Source: Mobula hypostoma (lineage: Eukaryota). Taken from it: 64,000 nt of DNA. Shown here piece after piece: positions 13,440-25,260 of the stretch. Under the pieces are notes generated by a model. That model had not been told where the DNA came from. It saw only the letters and a list, made by a program, of their open reading frames with translations, and did not search any database. A program made the position numbers and the translations under genes. How positions within the stretch are numbered: position 1 is the stretch's first letter; the number at the start of each line of letters is the position of its first letter. The stretch covers positions 68,698,001 through 68,762,000 of the forward strand of contig NC_086108.1 in the NCBI RefSeq assembly GCF_963921235.1, given 5' to 3'.

Positions 13440-13975
13440 ACTTACCCCCTCTTTTAACCACAGCTCACCTTTCTAGGAATCATCCTGGTAAACCTCCTCT
13501 ACACTCTTTGTAATGTACCTACATCCTTCCTCTAGGTACAAAAAGTCCCAAATACAATACTCCAAGTGTGCCCTAATCAATGCTTTGTACAACAGCAACC
13601 TGAAGCTCCAACTCAGTGCCTTTGCTTAGGAAGGCAAACATTCCAAACGTCTTTGCCGCAACCTATTCACCTGTCTTTCTACTTTCAAAAAACTGAACTA
13701 GCTCCGAAGTTCTCTCTGTACATCAATGCTCTTAAGGTCCCTGCCATTTACTGCATATTACTGCCCTATACTGTGTTACACTTGATGTCCCAAAATGCAT
13801 TACCTCACACTTGTTTAAATTAAATTCCATCTTCCACTATTCCCATTAACTTTCCAATCTGTATCCTTAGACAACTTCCTTTCCAATCTATGACTCCACC
13901 GATTTTCATGTCACTGGTTACAACTTCCAGTCAGAAAAACAACTGTATGCTTCCTATTACTGGATTTCAATGGTA
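13440..13975 (-). mobile_element. Highly decayed CR1 fragment
   Basis: Reverse complement resembles the CR1 RT C-terminal region (gtaaacctcct, taaattccatct motifs seen in other copies). Confidence 0.55.
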
Positions 13976-13999
13976 ACCAAACCGAATGGATATACAGTG

Positions 14000-14135
14000 G
14001 ACACACACAGAATTCTGGAGGAACTAAACAGGCCAGGCAACATCTATGGAAAAGAGTACAGTCGACATTTGGGGCCTAGATCCTTCATCAGGACTGGAGA
14101 AAAAAAGATCCAGTCCTGATGAATAGTCTCAGCCT
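14000..14135. mobile_element. Penelope-like pLTR remnant with inverted pair of degenerate hammerhead motifs
   Basis: caggccaggcaacatctatggaaaagagtacagtcgac...ttcatcaggactgga / tccagtcctgatgaa; homologous to 27860-27932. Confidence 0.75.
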
Positions 14136-14583
14136 CTTCAAGTGATTTTTGTTGGTCGAACTCTCCTGGGGACAGTAACAAAAGCGTTGAATTTCTTCCA
14201 TTTGTACACCGTCTACCTGATTCTGGATTGGTGGAGCCCAAACTCTTTAGAAATGGTTTTGTATCCTTTTCCAGTCTGATAAGCATCAACAACCTCTTTA
14301 CTGAAGTCCTCAGAAATCCTCACTGACCGTGGCAAGGCACACGCCCAAAAACGTGTGATAAAGATCAGACTTTGATAGCGAAGACCTAGGTTTATGTTCT
14401 TTAAATAGGGCAGGGCCTCCAATGCACAACCTGATTGTCATCCCATTGATTGAAACATCTGACTGTAATTGGTTCTCTTTATCTAGTTTTAGGACTTTTG
14501 TGAAGATCTGATCATATTTTGGGTCATATTTATGCAGAAATAGAGAAACTTCTAAAGGGTTCACAAACTTTCTAGCACCACTG
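14136..14583 (-). mobile_element. Tc1-family 5' fragment (one TIR plus paired-like N-terminus)
   Basis: Ends aaactttctagcaccactg|TA. Peptide ISEDFSKEVVDAYQTGKGYKTISKEFGLHQS. Confidence 0.8.
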
Positions 14584-14684
14584 TATTCTTTGGCAATCAC
14601 CTACACTATCCACAAACCATCAATCTTTGTAATATCTGTAAATTTACTAACCCACCCTTCCATATTTTCATCCAAGTCATTTAT

Positions 14685-14959
14685 TTATTTATTGATTGGC
14701 ATGTACGATGTTAGCAGGATGATGTCTTTTTCATGCTTTTACAAGGTGCGGAGCAAGAAAGAGAGACTGGGTGGCGAGCCACTCCTCACACAGACATTTC
14801 GCAGTATTTTCACCTTTATTTTACGAGGTCGAGTTGCGATCTTGACACTCAACCTAACATGGATGGAAAGCATACTTGGGAGCAGCTCCGACTGGGTTCG
14901 ATCCTGGGAACCTCTGTTCCAAGAGTCCGGCGCTGATGTTATTGCACCACCAGCCAGCC
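14685..14959 (-). mobile_element. tRNA-derived SINE with (TAAA)n tail and 16-bp TSD
   Basis: Head ggctggctggtggtgcaataacatcagcgccggac...ggatcgaaccc. TSD catccaagtcatttat (14669-14684) / catctaagtcatttat (14960-14975). Inserted in a minus-strand CR1 fragment. Confidence 0.75.
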
Positions 14960-15057
14960 CATCTAAGTCATTTATGTATACCAACAGCAGAGGAACAAGT
15001 ACAGTAATCCCTGCAGAACACCATGAGACACAGACTTTCAACAAGAATACATCCCAT

Positions 15058-16102
15058 CAAAAGGCCAAGTCACTGTGGATTCCATGCGACAGGAAATTCT
15101 TTGAGTAAGATGGAACAAATTAAAGGCACAATTTTGCTGTGTGTATACAGCAGGTTTCCAAACAGTCTGATGGAGATTGTATGCCAAATACATAGGCAGC
15201 TTTCTGAGAAATGCAAAAAAATTGTTATGGTTAGGACTGTATATAGGAGAGTGATGAGTTAAGTCATCAGGGAATAGCGTTTCTTCTTAAGCTGCTAGAC
15301 CACTACATGTTATACAGGGTATGATGGACGGCTTGGCATAAGATAAGTTTTATGGCATATGCTCAGAAAGTTAGCGCAAACTTGCTCGATGAACTCTGAC
15401 AATATATCAATTGGACAGTGTATATACACATATCATTCTTGAAGTAATACTGTCTTAAAGAGACATATAGGTACAGTTAAGGAGAATGAATTTGGGAGAA
15501 ATTCACTTGCTCTACGCAATTGGCAATCGCCTCTGATCTGGGCCGATATTTACGTGCCGGGCGGCATCTAATTAATTAGCTTGTTTATTTCGGCTTTTTT
15601 CTTAAAGATGTGCTGGGTGTTTCCTGGCTACCACTGCACCACTGCATGCTTTGGTTGGGGACCACTGGGTTAAATAATAAAAAAGCAAAATAGTAGAGAT
15701 TCCGGAAATGTGAAATATGATATGAAATACAGAGTAGGTCAGGTAATTATGAAAAGAGAAAGAGAGTTCTGATGAAACAGATCTGAAACAGTAACAATAG
15801 TTTTCTCTCCACAAATATTATCCGATTTATTGAGTGTTTCCAGCACTGGACATTACAGTCCGACTAAATCTGACGCAACATGAGTGATAGTGGTTAACTG
15901 TAAATCTTGCTGCAGGAGGCAATGTAAAGCATCCATTAGGAACTGTAGCTTCATATGCATTGCTAGTAGGCCAGTGTATTTGGTATATGGGCTCCATCAG
16001 ACTGTTTGGGAATCTACTGCACACTCACAGCAAAATTGTCCCTTTAATTTATACCATCTTACTGAAAGAATTTCATGGGATTCACAGTGACTTGGCCTTT
16101 TG
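15058..16102. repeat. Inverted repeat, arms about 15058-15192 and 15975-16102
   Basis: caaaaggccaagtcactgtggattccatg...ccaaacagtctgatggag is reverse-complementary to ctccatcagactgtttggg...catgggattcacagtgacttggccttttg. Confidence 0.85.
15535..15667. mobile_element. Buster/Charlie-type hAT terminal fragment
   Basis: Ends in catgctttggttggggaccactg, the same terminus type as the elements ending at 25260 and 45252. Confidence 0.55.
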
Positions 16103-16116
16103 GATTCAGAATTGGC

Positions 16117-17225
16117 TGATTAACTTGATTGAGTTCTTTGATGAGGTGACAAGGGTAATTGATAAAGTTAAAACTGTGGATGTTGCGTACATGAATTTTA
16201 GTAAGGAGCTTGACAAGGTCCCTCATGGGAGGCTCATCAAGAAGATTAAGATGCATGAGGTCCATGGCGAATTAGCCATTTGGATTCTGAACTGGCTTGC
16301 CTATAGAAGATACAGGGTAATGGTCGAAGGGACTTATTATAGCTGGAGGACTGTGATTATTAGTGTTCCTCAGGGATTTGCATTGGGTCCTCTGCTGTTT
16401 GTCATGTATAACGACGACCTTGATGAAATTGTAGATGGGAGATTAAGTAAGTTTGCAGATGACACGAAGATTGATGATGTTGTAGATATCGTAGAAGACT
16501 GGCAAAGATGCAGATGGAATTTAACGGAAACAAATGTAAAAAGTGTTGCACCTTGGTAGGTCAAACTTAAAGAGACAGTACATGGTTAAAGGCAAGACCC
16601 TGAATAGTGTTAAGGAGCAGAGGGATCTTGGGGTCCAAGTTTATAGCTTCTTGAAAGTGGCTACACAGGTTGATAGGGTGGTTAAGAAGGCTTATGGTAT
16701 GCTTGCCTTTATTAGTTGAGGCAATGAGTTGAAAAATCAGGAAGTTATGTTGCAGTTTTATAAAACTCTTGTTAAGTTGCATCATTTCTGGTCGCCCCAT
16801 TATAGGAAGGGTACTGAAGCTTTGGAGACGGTGTAAAGGGGTTTACCAGGATGCAGCCTGGATTAGAAGACATGTCCAAAACAAGAGTTTGGACAAACGT
16901 GGGTTGTTTTGCCTGGAGCAGCAGAGATTGAGATTGAGATTTTAAGATTATGAGAAGCATAGATAAAGTAGATAGAGAGCATCTTTTCCCCAGGTTTTTA
17001 TACACAGAGCAGTGGGTGCCTGGAATGTGCTGCCTGGGGTGGTGATGGAAGAAGATACATTAGGGATTTTTAAGAGACATTTAGATAGGCACATGAATGT
17101 GAGGAAAATGGAAGGATATGGGCATTGCATAGATGAGCATAGTTGGCATTTGATGACTAATTTAATTGGTTCAGCACAACATTGTGGGCCAGAGGGCCTG
17201 TTCCTCTGCTGTACAGTTCTATGTG
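16117..17225 (+). mobile_element. CR1 RT/3' fragment
   Basis: NLIEFFDEVT, YMNFSKELDKVPH, PQGFALGP, KFADDTKI; tail gggccagagggcctg...ttctatg. Confidence 0.9.
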
Positions 17226-17639
17226 AGCTGCACCTGCACTGAAATACTCTACTAGCAGGATAAGGATAGTTGTGAGGATGGGCCAAACTATGCTGATTAA
17301 AAGCTGGTAACTCTAAAGGTTTACAAAGTCATGTCGCAGGAACTCTTGGCCTTCTATGCTTGAGAATTATCCAACTCTCTGATACATAGCAAGGCTGATC
17401 ATTGAGCCCTGTGACATAGCAACGTTTTCTTCATAATTATAATATTTTGCAAGCTAACAAAGGCTAAGGCCTACTTGTTGTTTGATACCTTTTCTGCTCT
17501 GCTGGATACTAATGTGAGGACTTTGCTTGCTGAACTCTCCACATTTTGAAAAATAAATGCAGGCACAGCATTGATGGTAAGTCCAGGAAATGAGCTAGAT
17601 CCAGAATCATTCTGTCTGATGAAAAAAGCAAGCTAATGG

Positions 17640-18160
17640 TTATACTTTATTAGGACTTTGAGAAGACTTGTTATGTCACCAAAGACTCCAGTAAATTTAA
17701 ATCGATGTACTGTGGAGAGCTTTCTGACTGGTTGCATCACCAGCTAGTATGGAGGAGCTACTGGACAGGATCGGAAAAAAGCTGCAAACTCAGCCTGCTC
17801 CACCAAGAGCACGAGCTTCTCCAGCATGGAGAACATCTTACAAAGGCGATACCTTAAAAAGGTGGCACCATCATTAAGGACCCCTCTCACCCAGAATGTG
17901 CTCTCTTCTTGTTACTACCATTGGCGATGAGATACAGGAGCCTAAAGACACCACACAATTTGCCTCTTCCATCAGACTCTGAATGAACAATGATCCAATC
18001 CATGAACACGATCTCACTATTTTTGCACTCTCCTTGCACTATTTATTTAAATTTCTATATATTTCTTACTGCAATTTATTGTATTTTCATTTATTGCACT
18101 GCACTGCTGTCCCAAAACAACAAATTTCATGATGTCAGTGATACTAAACCTGATTCTGTC
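17640..18160 (+). mobile_element. Rex1/Babar-type LINE 3' fragment
   Basis: tgtactgtggagagc...actggttgcatcacc, homologous to the copies at 23300-23600 and 45380-45660. Confidence 0.7.
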
Positions 18161-18474
18161 TTATGAGTTTTCATATTTCTTTCTTCTTTTATCAATATCT
18201 TTTAGTCACAGTGAAAATGAAGGACAATCATGGGAAAACAAGTGCATTATCTGAAACGTCTTGTTCAATGCCCTATTCGCTAGTAAATGCATCTTACTAT
18301 TGTTTACGTCGCTATAACAAGAAGAACAAACATGAAGGTGAAAGATGTGATGTGATGAGATTCGACTGTGGTACTACTGAGAGACGGAAGTTAAGTGTTT
18401 TGAAATGAAACTGAGATGTACAATATGCTCAGAATACAGGTACAAAAAGAGGTTTAGTTCTTATATACTTTTAC

Positions 18475-18552
18475 CTCTCGTTCTTCTTCTTGTTCTTTTC
18501 GAATCTGTTCTTGACGCACCTGCTCTGCTATTTCTCTTTCTTGTGCTTCTCT
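18475..18552 (-). CDS. FAF1: FAF1 exon (coiled coil, 78 bp; absent from the ORF track)
   Basis: Acceptor ttctttag|AGA GAA; donor CGA GAG|gtaaaa. Encodes REAQEREIAEQVRQEQIRKEQEEERE. Confidence 0.93.
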
Positions 18553-19589
18553 CTAAAGAACATAAATTGAGTTGAAGACCATTTTAGTTCACCATATTGT
18601 ATACCCTAATTTAGTAGTTTAAAAAAAGTACAGGGAACTGTTAATAACATTGATATAATGAATGTGCAAATAGTCCTTATACAAAAAATAAAAGGCCAAA
18701 TTTTGCAGAAAAGTGAGCTAATGCTAGCCATAAGCTTTCACTTAGATTTGTTTTCACTGTCTGTTGAGAACACTTTAAATAAAGCTTGTACTAACTCCAG
18801 AAAGGACATTGTGCAGTGGCAAGTTTTCCTTACATACATATATTGGAAAGGTTTCTGAATGTTGTTAACATTCAAAAACATTTCAAAGGCAAATAAGTTA
18901 CTAAAACTGTTGACATATAAATTAAAGTGTGGGAAAATTGCCATTTAAAAAGACATAATAGTCAGATTTTGGGGGCAATCCCAGCAATCCCACACTGAAT
19001 ACAAAACAGGTCTCAAAATATAAAAACTTGTATAAATATTGAACTAAAACGTAACTAGTAAGCAAACCCAAGTATGAATGTTTACTTAATGCCTCGTACC
19101 CACTCTTCTCCTTTGAATCAGCATAAGAATCTCTGTGCCAGGGTTAAGTGCTGGAGAACTGCTGTCATTATGGTGATCCACCATGGGATTTAATAAGGTG
19201 CCCATTGGCAAATTACCAATGAACAGCTGCAGGAATTCAGTTTTCACACAGGTTTATTTGGAAAAACTGATGGTAATTCACCACAAAATACTTCGTGCTT
19301 CTTAACCTCACCTGAGATTTCTCAAATATCACAAAGTTTTCATCAAAGTTAAGGAACAAGTTCAAGTTCTATTTGTTTTAATGTTCAAATTATGTACTTC
19401 TCAAGATGTACCAAAATATCTCAGCTTCTCATGTAAATCAAACGAAGGCTGACAAAAAGCATGATATTTGGAAAAATGAGCATTCAACCAAAGAACTGAG
19501 TTTTAATAAGCACCAGGGATAGGAAAGGCATAGAGCAGAGAATTTCAAGGGGGCAGGGCTGGAAATTCCAAAGACATCTTAATCTCCAG

Positions 19590-19870
19590 TGACTGAGTTG
19601 GATTCTGACCTCTGATGTTGCCTCTGTGGAGTTTGAATGTTCACCCAAGATCCCATGGGTTTCTCTTGGGAACTCCAGATTCCTCCCACATTCCAAATAC
19701 ATGCACGTTGGCGACTGTAAATTGCCCCTGGTGTGTAAGCAAGGGACAGAATCTCGGGGGGGGGGGGGAGATGAGAAGAATGAGGGGAGAACAAAATTGA
19801 TTAGGGTATAATAAGTGTAAAAATGGGTGCTTGATATCAGCATAGATAGGCCAAAGGGCCTGTTGATGTA
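19590..19870 (+). mobile_element. V-SINE (HE1-like)
   Basis: V-domain ctgtggagtttgaatgttcacc...gggtttctcttgggaactccagattcctcccacattccaaa...taaattgcccct; CR1-like tail ggccaaagggcctgt. Confidence 0.8.
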
Positions 19871-20049
19871 CTAACAGGAGTTGGGGTGGGGGGGGAGCAA
19901 TTTAAATCTTGAATGTAACAAACCATGAACGACTGCAGAGCTAAAAAAGATTATGGAAGTTAGAAAGTCAATCTGACCAACATTAAAAAAACTGGCCTTA
20001 AAGAGGAAAAGAATCATCCCACATTATGAGAATAAAAAGTCAGATTTGT

Positions 20050-20945
20050 ACAGCATAGAAATAGGCCCTTCAACCCAACATGTCTATGCCAACCATTGTA
20101 CCTACATCTAATAATTCCACTTTCTGCCATTAATTCTACATCTTTACCTGTGCTGCTCATTCAAGTACCTGTCAAGATCCTTCTTAAATATTGATACCAA
20201 CCATGGATCTATTCCAGCTGCTACCACAGGGAAGTGGTACTGCAGCATAAAAGCCAGGACCAACAGGCTCCAGGACAGCTTCTTCCACCGGGCCATCAGA
20301 CTGATGAACTCACGCTGATCTGAGTTTACTCTATATTACATTGACTGTTCTATTTATTATAAATTATTATAAATGACTATGATTGCACATTTAGATGGAG
20401 ACACAAGACAAAGATTTTTACTCCTCATGTATGTGATGGATATAAGAAATAAAGTCAATTCAATTCAATTTTGCTCCTACCTCCACTGCATCTGGCAGCT
20501 TGTTCCACATACCAACTACTCCTTGTGTGAAAATATTACTCCTCAGATTTCCCTTAAACCTCCTTCCTCACACCTTAAAGCTACACCCTTTAGTTTTAGA
20601 CACCCCAACCATGACAAACACAAGCAGGTTATGTATCCTATCTATGGCTTTCAGAACATACTGCTATCATGTTACCTCCCAGCCTCCCTCACTACAGGGA
20701 AAACAGGTTTACTTGACCTTATCTATTCTGATAACTGAAACGCTGCAATCCACATAACAGCCTTGTGAATATTTTCTTGCTCCCTTTCTCGCTTAATCAC
20801 ACACTTCAGTGTGCAATGCCCAGAAACCCATACAATCCTCTGTCTGGCGTAAGCAAAGTTTAGCACAACTGTAACATGATGCCCCAACTCTCATACTCAA
20901 TACCTTAGCCAACAAAGACAAGTTAACCCATATCCTACTGTTACC
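20050..20945 (-). mobile_element. Decayed CR1 3' fragment interrupted by a plus-strand Rex-type 3' end (about 20200-20468)
   Basis: CR1 tail catagaaataggcccttcaaccc; the inner piece ends aataaagtcaattcaattcaatt. Confidence 0.65.
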
Positions 20946-21028
20946 TTGAATAACCTTTTTCACTGTTTACTATACCAGTAATTTTGGTGCTATCTGTAAG
21001 TTTTCAAATTTTGCAAAATAGAACGAAC

Positions 21029-21109
21029 CTTAGCTCGATCTGCTTCCAGAGAAACTCTGTATGCTTCATCTTGCTCTCGTTTTACTTTTTCTCTTGCTTC
21101 ACGTTCATC
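21029..21109 (-). CDS. FAF1: FAF1 exon (coiled coil, 81 bp)
   Basis: Acceptor tttttaag|GAT GAA; donor GCT AAG|gttcgt. Encodes DEREAREKVKREQDEAYRVSLEADRAK. Confidence 0.95.
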
Positions 21110-21599
21110 CTTAAAAAAGAAACATATGAGAAAATAAGTGATGAATAAAATGAATTGACAACCAATTGTAGCTTGGTTTAAAGCATCTATTGGATTCACA
21201 GGATGACCCTGTTGTGAACTGTCATTTGTGAGCAGTTTAATCTTGTTGGCTATCAAAACTTTTTAAATATTTGAAACACTTAGTTTCAAAGATAATATAA
21301 TATTACATGAAATGGTCGACATAGCATCACTGTTCTTTCTTGCACGTAAGTAATGTTGCATTTGCTGTCTAAGAATTTTTGTATCTGTAAAGAGAAAAGA
21401 GCTAGATACTAATACAGGATACTAATATTGAATACAGGATGGGAACTGACCAAAGTCAAGTGAAGTTTATGGAGCAGACTCAATAGCATAATTCTGTACC
21501 TATGGTCTTCGTGTACAAAAAAATAACAGTAATTAAGAAAATGATGGCAAAGAATATCAAATCCCGAGATGATTCTATTCAAGGATTTTAAAGGTGGTG

Positions 21600-22900
21600 A
21601 GAACAATGTGGATGTTCCAATGATAATTTTCCCAAGTTCTCTCGATAAGGGTCAACTGCAATAAGACATTCTGTGACTTAAAAGGAAGAAACCAAGGAAT
21701 GCTATATTTCTGAAATCAACATCTATTGCAAATAAACTAGTAATCAGTCTATAATAAAGAATAAATGACTAGATACTTGGATATTTTCAGCTAAATAGAG
21801 ACACTAGAGATGTACGCATAAAGGTTTAGTCATCGTGCCTGTCAAAACTGATTGAATGTTTTTGGAGAAATTGATAATAGTGAATGGCAAATGTAATTTA
21901 TGTGGATTTTCTGAATGCATTTGAAAAAATGCTACCTAAGAGACTACTAGGTAATTTTGAAGCTCTTGGAATTAACCCAATGAAGAAATTAACCAAGCAG
22001 AAGGAAATAAACAATAGCAATAGTAGGTAGGTAATATTGTTTTGAGCTATTAATAGTCATTCCATTGCACTCATCGATAAGTGCTGGAGAGAAGCAAGCT
22101 ATTCTTTTACCAAAATTATATCTCAATTGCAAGGGTTAGATTATAAGGAGAGTTGAGTCAGGCTTGGACTGTATGCCCTGTAAATTAATAAAGTGAAAAC
22201 TTAGCTTCCTAAGGATAACCATAAAGGACCTGATCATATACTTTAAAAAAGCAGTTCTACTTGGAACACTTGGGGTTTTCTGACTTAACTAGGTGAAATT
22301 TTGTACTGTTGGAGCAAAGGAGAAAGAACTGAATTGCTGATCCCAGAGTATCCTAGGGTGGAGAAGGCAACATATGGGATGCTTGCATTAAAATGCTAAG
22401 GCATAGAATAAAGTGACGCCATGTTGCAAATTTACAAAATACTGGTTACAGACACTTGGGAATATTTTGCGCAATAGGCACATCGATGAAAGAAAAATGG
22501 AGGGCAAGTGGGAGGGAAGGGTTAGATTGATCTTGGAATAGGTTAAGAGGTCTCCACAACATTGTGGGTCTTAAGGACCTGTACAGTGCTGTACTGTTCT
22601 TAAGTTCAACGGTCTTAACGCTATATTCAGCTGAGCTTGTGACAATCGTGCTATCATTGGAGAGTGCAAAGGAGATTTACCAAGATGTTTCCTGAATAGA
22701 AAGACCTTAGTACAGGGAAAGATTTATAGGCTAGACTTATTTTCATCAGTGCAAGGCGAAACCTGATAGAGACATATAAGATTATAACTGGGTAGATGGA
22801 ATCTTCTCCCCATGGTCTGTGTATCAATAACAAGAGGACCTAGACTACAGATGAGACTAAGGAGTTTCAAAAATAATTTGAGGGGAAAAGCTTTTTTATA
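21600..22900 (+). mobile_element. Very old CR1 remnants
   Basis: Degenerate atgtggattttctgaatgcatttga (MDF.KAFD) and ggagatttaccaagatg (RRFTRM) motifs. Confidence 0.5.
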
Positions 22901-22929
22901 CCTCCACACAAAGTGATTGTGATTTGAAC

Positions 22930-24252
22930 CATGAGGCTAAGCACAGCTCCAATACCATTTGCTGGTGACACCACCGTCACTGGCCAAATCAAAGGTGGTG
23001 ATGATTCAGCATATAAGGGGGAGATTGAAAATCTGACTGAATGGTGCCAAAAGAACCTTTCACTCAATGTCAGCAAGAAGCTGATTATTGACTTCAGGAG
23101 GAGGTAACCGGAGGTCTATGAGCCAGTCCTCATTGAGGGATCAGAGGTGGAGAGGGTCAGCAACTTTAAATTCCTCAGTGTTATCATTTCAGAGGGTTTA
23201 TTCAGGAGCCAGCACATAAAATGCAAATACGAAGAAAACACAGCATCTACTTCCTTAGAGGTTTATGAAGATTTGGCACGACATCTAAAACTATGATGAA
23301 CTTCTATAGATCTGTGGTGTAGAGTTTACTGACTGGTTGCATCACAGCCTGGTATGGAAACACCAATATCCTTGAATGGAAAATCCCACAAAGAGTAGTG
23401 AATATGGCCCAGTCCATCACGGGTAAAGCCCTCCCCACCACTGAGCACATCCCTACATGGAGCGTTGTGTAAGAAAGCAGCATCTATCATCAAGATCCCC
23501 CATCATCCAGGCTATGTTCTCTTCTTGCTGCTGCTATCAGAAAGAAGGTACAGGAGCCTCAGGATCCGCACCACCATGTTCAAGAGCAGTTACTACCCCT
23601 CAACCATCAGGCTCTTGAACCAGAGGGGATAACTTTGCTTGCACAATCACTGAACTTTTCCCACAACCTATGGACTCTATTTCAAGGACTCTTCATTTCA
23701 TGTTCTTCATATTTAGAAACATAGAAAACCTACAGCACAATACAGGTCCTTCGGCCCACAATGCCGTGCCCAACATGTACTTAATTTAGAAATTACCTCG
23801 GGTTACCCATTGCCCTCTATTTTTCTAAGCTCCATGTACCTATCCAGGAGCCTCTTAAAAGACCCTATTGTATCCACCTCCACCACCGTGGCCGGCAGCC
23901 CATTCCACACACTCACCACTCTCTGTGTAAAAAACTTACCCCTGATTAATGAGCCAATGACACATTTAATCCTGATAGCTTATTACTTAGTTATTTATTA
24001 TTTTTTTCTCTCTTTTGTATTGGATCAGTTCGTAGTCCTTTACACACTGGTTGGTTGACTGTCTGGTTGGATGTGGCCTTTCAATAATTCTACTGTGTTT
24101 CTTGATTTACGGTGCATGTCCACAAGAGAATGAATCTTTGTGTTGTGTATATGTGCTTTGATCACAAGACAAGACAAGACAAAGGAGCAGAGGTAGGCCA
24201 TTCGGCCCATCGAGTCTGCTCCGCTTTGATAATAAATTTACTTTGAACTTTG
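22930..24252 (+). mobile_element. Rex1/Babar-type LINE 3' part with nested CR1 tails (about 23715-23945 and 24164-24225)
   Basis: FAGDTTVTG, ctcaatgtcagcaag and aactttaaattcctc motifs; tail aataaatttactttgaactttg. Confidence 0.8.
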
Positions 24253-24508
24253 TTGCTAGAGTATGTGGTGCAATCAGATACAATTACTATGCTTAAGAGA
24301 CATTTAGACAAGCCAAAGCAGAGAAGGTTATGAACCTTGGGTATATGGGATTGGTGTAGATAGGCTAAAAGAACAATATGGGCATGGTGGGGCAAAGATC
24401 CCACTCCTGTGCTGAATGTCCAGATGACCATCACTCAGCAACAGGTAGATCACTATGAATGAACTCAAGTAAATTTATCTATTCTGATAGCTCACTCACT
24501 ATCTACTA

Positions 24509-25260
24509 CATGGGTGTCCAACCTTTTTTGCACTGCGGACCGGTTTAGTATTGACAATATTCTTACGGACCGGCCGACACGGGGAGGGGCTGTTCAAGTA
24601 GGGTTAAACTCACCTCAACGTGTCTTTTACAGTCAGGGTTGCCAACTTTCTCACTCCCAAATAAGGGACAAAAGTAGCAGTCAAATACGGGACTTGTGTT
24701 TACCCTGAAAGACTACCATGACCATGAAGCCTTGCACGGGCACCTGTGTGCGCATGCGTGACATGTGCATCCGCATGGGTGCCGATGTTTTTTCCATAAA
24801 TCACTTTTGGCTTAATCTTCCCGACTACACTGTACATACATTATTTCTACTTTATATAGGCTGTGTATTTATCATATCATTCCTGCTTTTACTATATGTT
24901 AGTGTTATTTTAGGCTTTATGTATTATTTGGTAGATTATTTTTTGGGTCTGGGAACACTCAAAAATTTTTCCCATATAAATTAATGGTAATTGCTTCTTC
25001 GCTTTACGCCATTTCGGCACGAAAGGTTTCAAAGGAACGCTTTACCTTAGCGGGGGAAATACGGGACAAGGGTGGTCCCGTATGGGACAAACCAATTTAG
25101 CCCAATATACGGGATGTCCTGGCTAATACGGGACAGTTGGCAACCCTATGTTCAAGTTCAACAGTACGTGACAGGGAATGAGGAAAGGTGCAGCTGACTC
25201 ATATCGTTTCCTCGCGGCCTGGTAGCACATGCTTTGCGGCCCGGTGGTTGGGGACCGCTG
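24509..25260. mobile_element. Non-autonomous Buster-type hAT MITE containing a second hAT-type insert
   Basis: Perfect 8-bp TSD atctacta (24501-24508 / 25261-25268). Both ends match the 43291-45252 element. Confidence 0.9.
24599..25148. mobile_element. Nested hAT-like MITE (TAGGGTT...AACCCTA ends)
   Basis: 8-bp TSD tgttcaag (24591-24598 / 25149-25156); repeated subterminal tacgggac motifs. Confidence 0.8.

Noticed and set aside
14060..14095. Fourth functional hammerhead
   Set aside because: The conserved GAAA box is mutated to CAAA and stem II is mismatched.
14890..14959. tRNA gene (also about 47700-47765 and 880-958)
   Set aside because: A/B-box-like heads continue into SINE bodies, and no full cloverleaf is evident.
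14590..15108. 172-aa ORF as a novel gene
   Set aside because: A chance read-through across an antisense CR1 fragment and a SINE.
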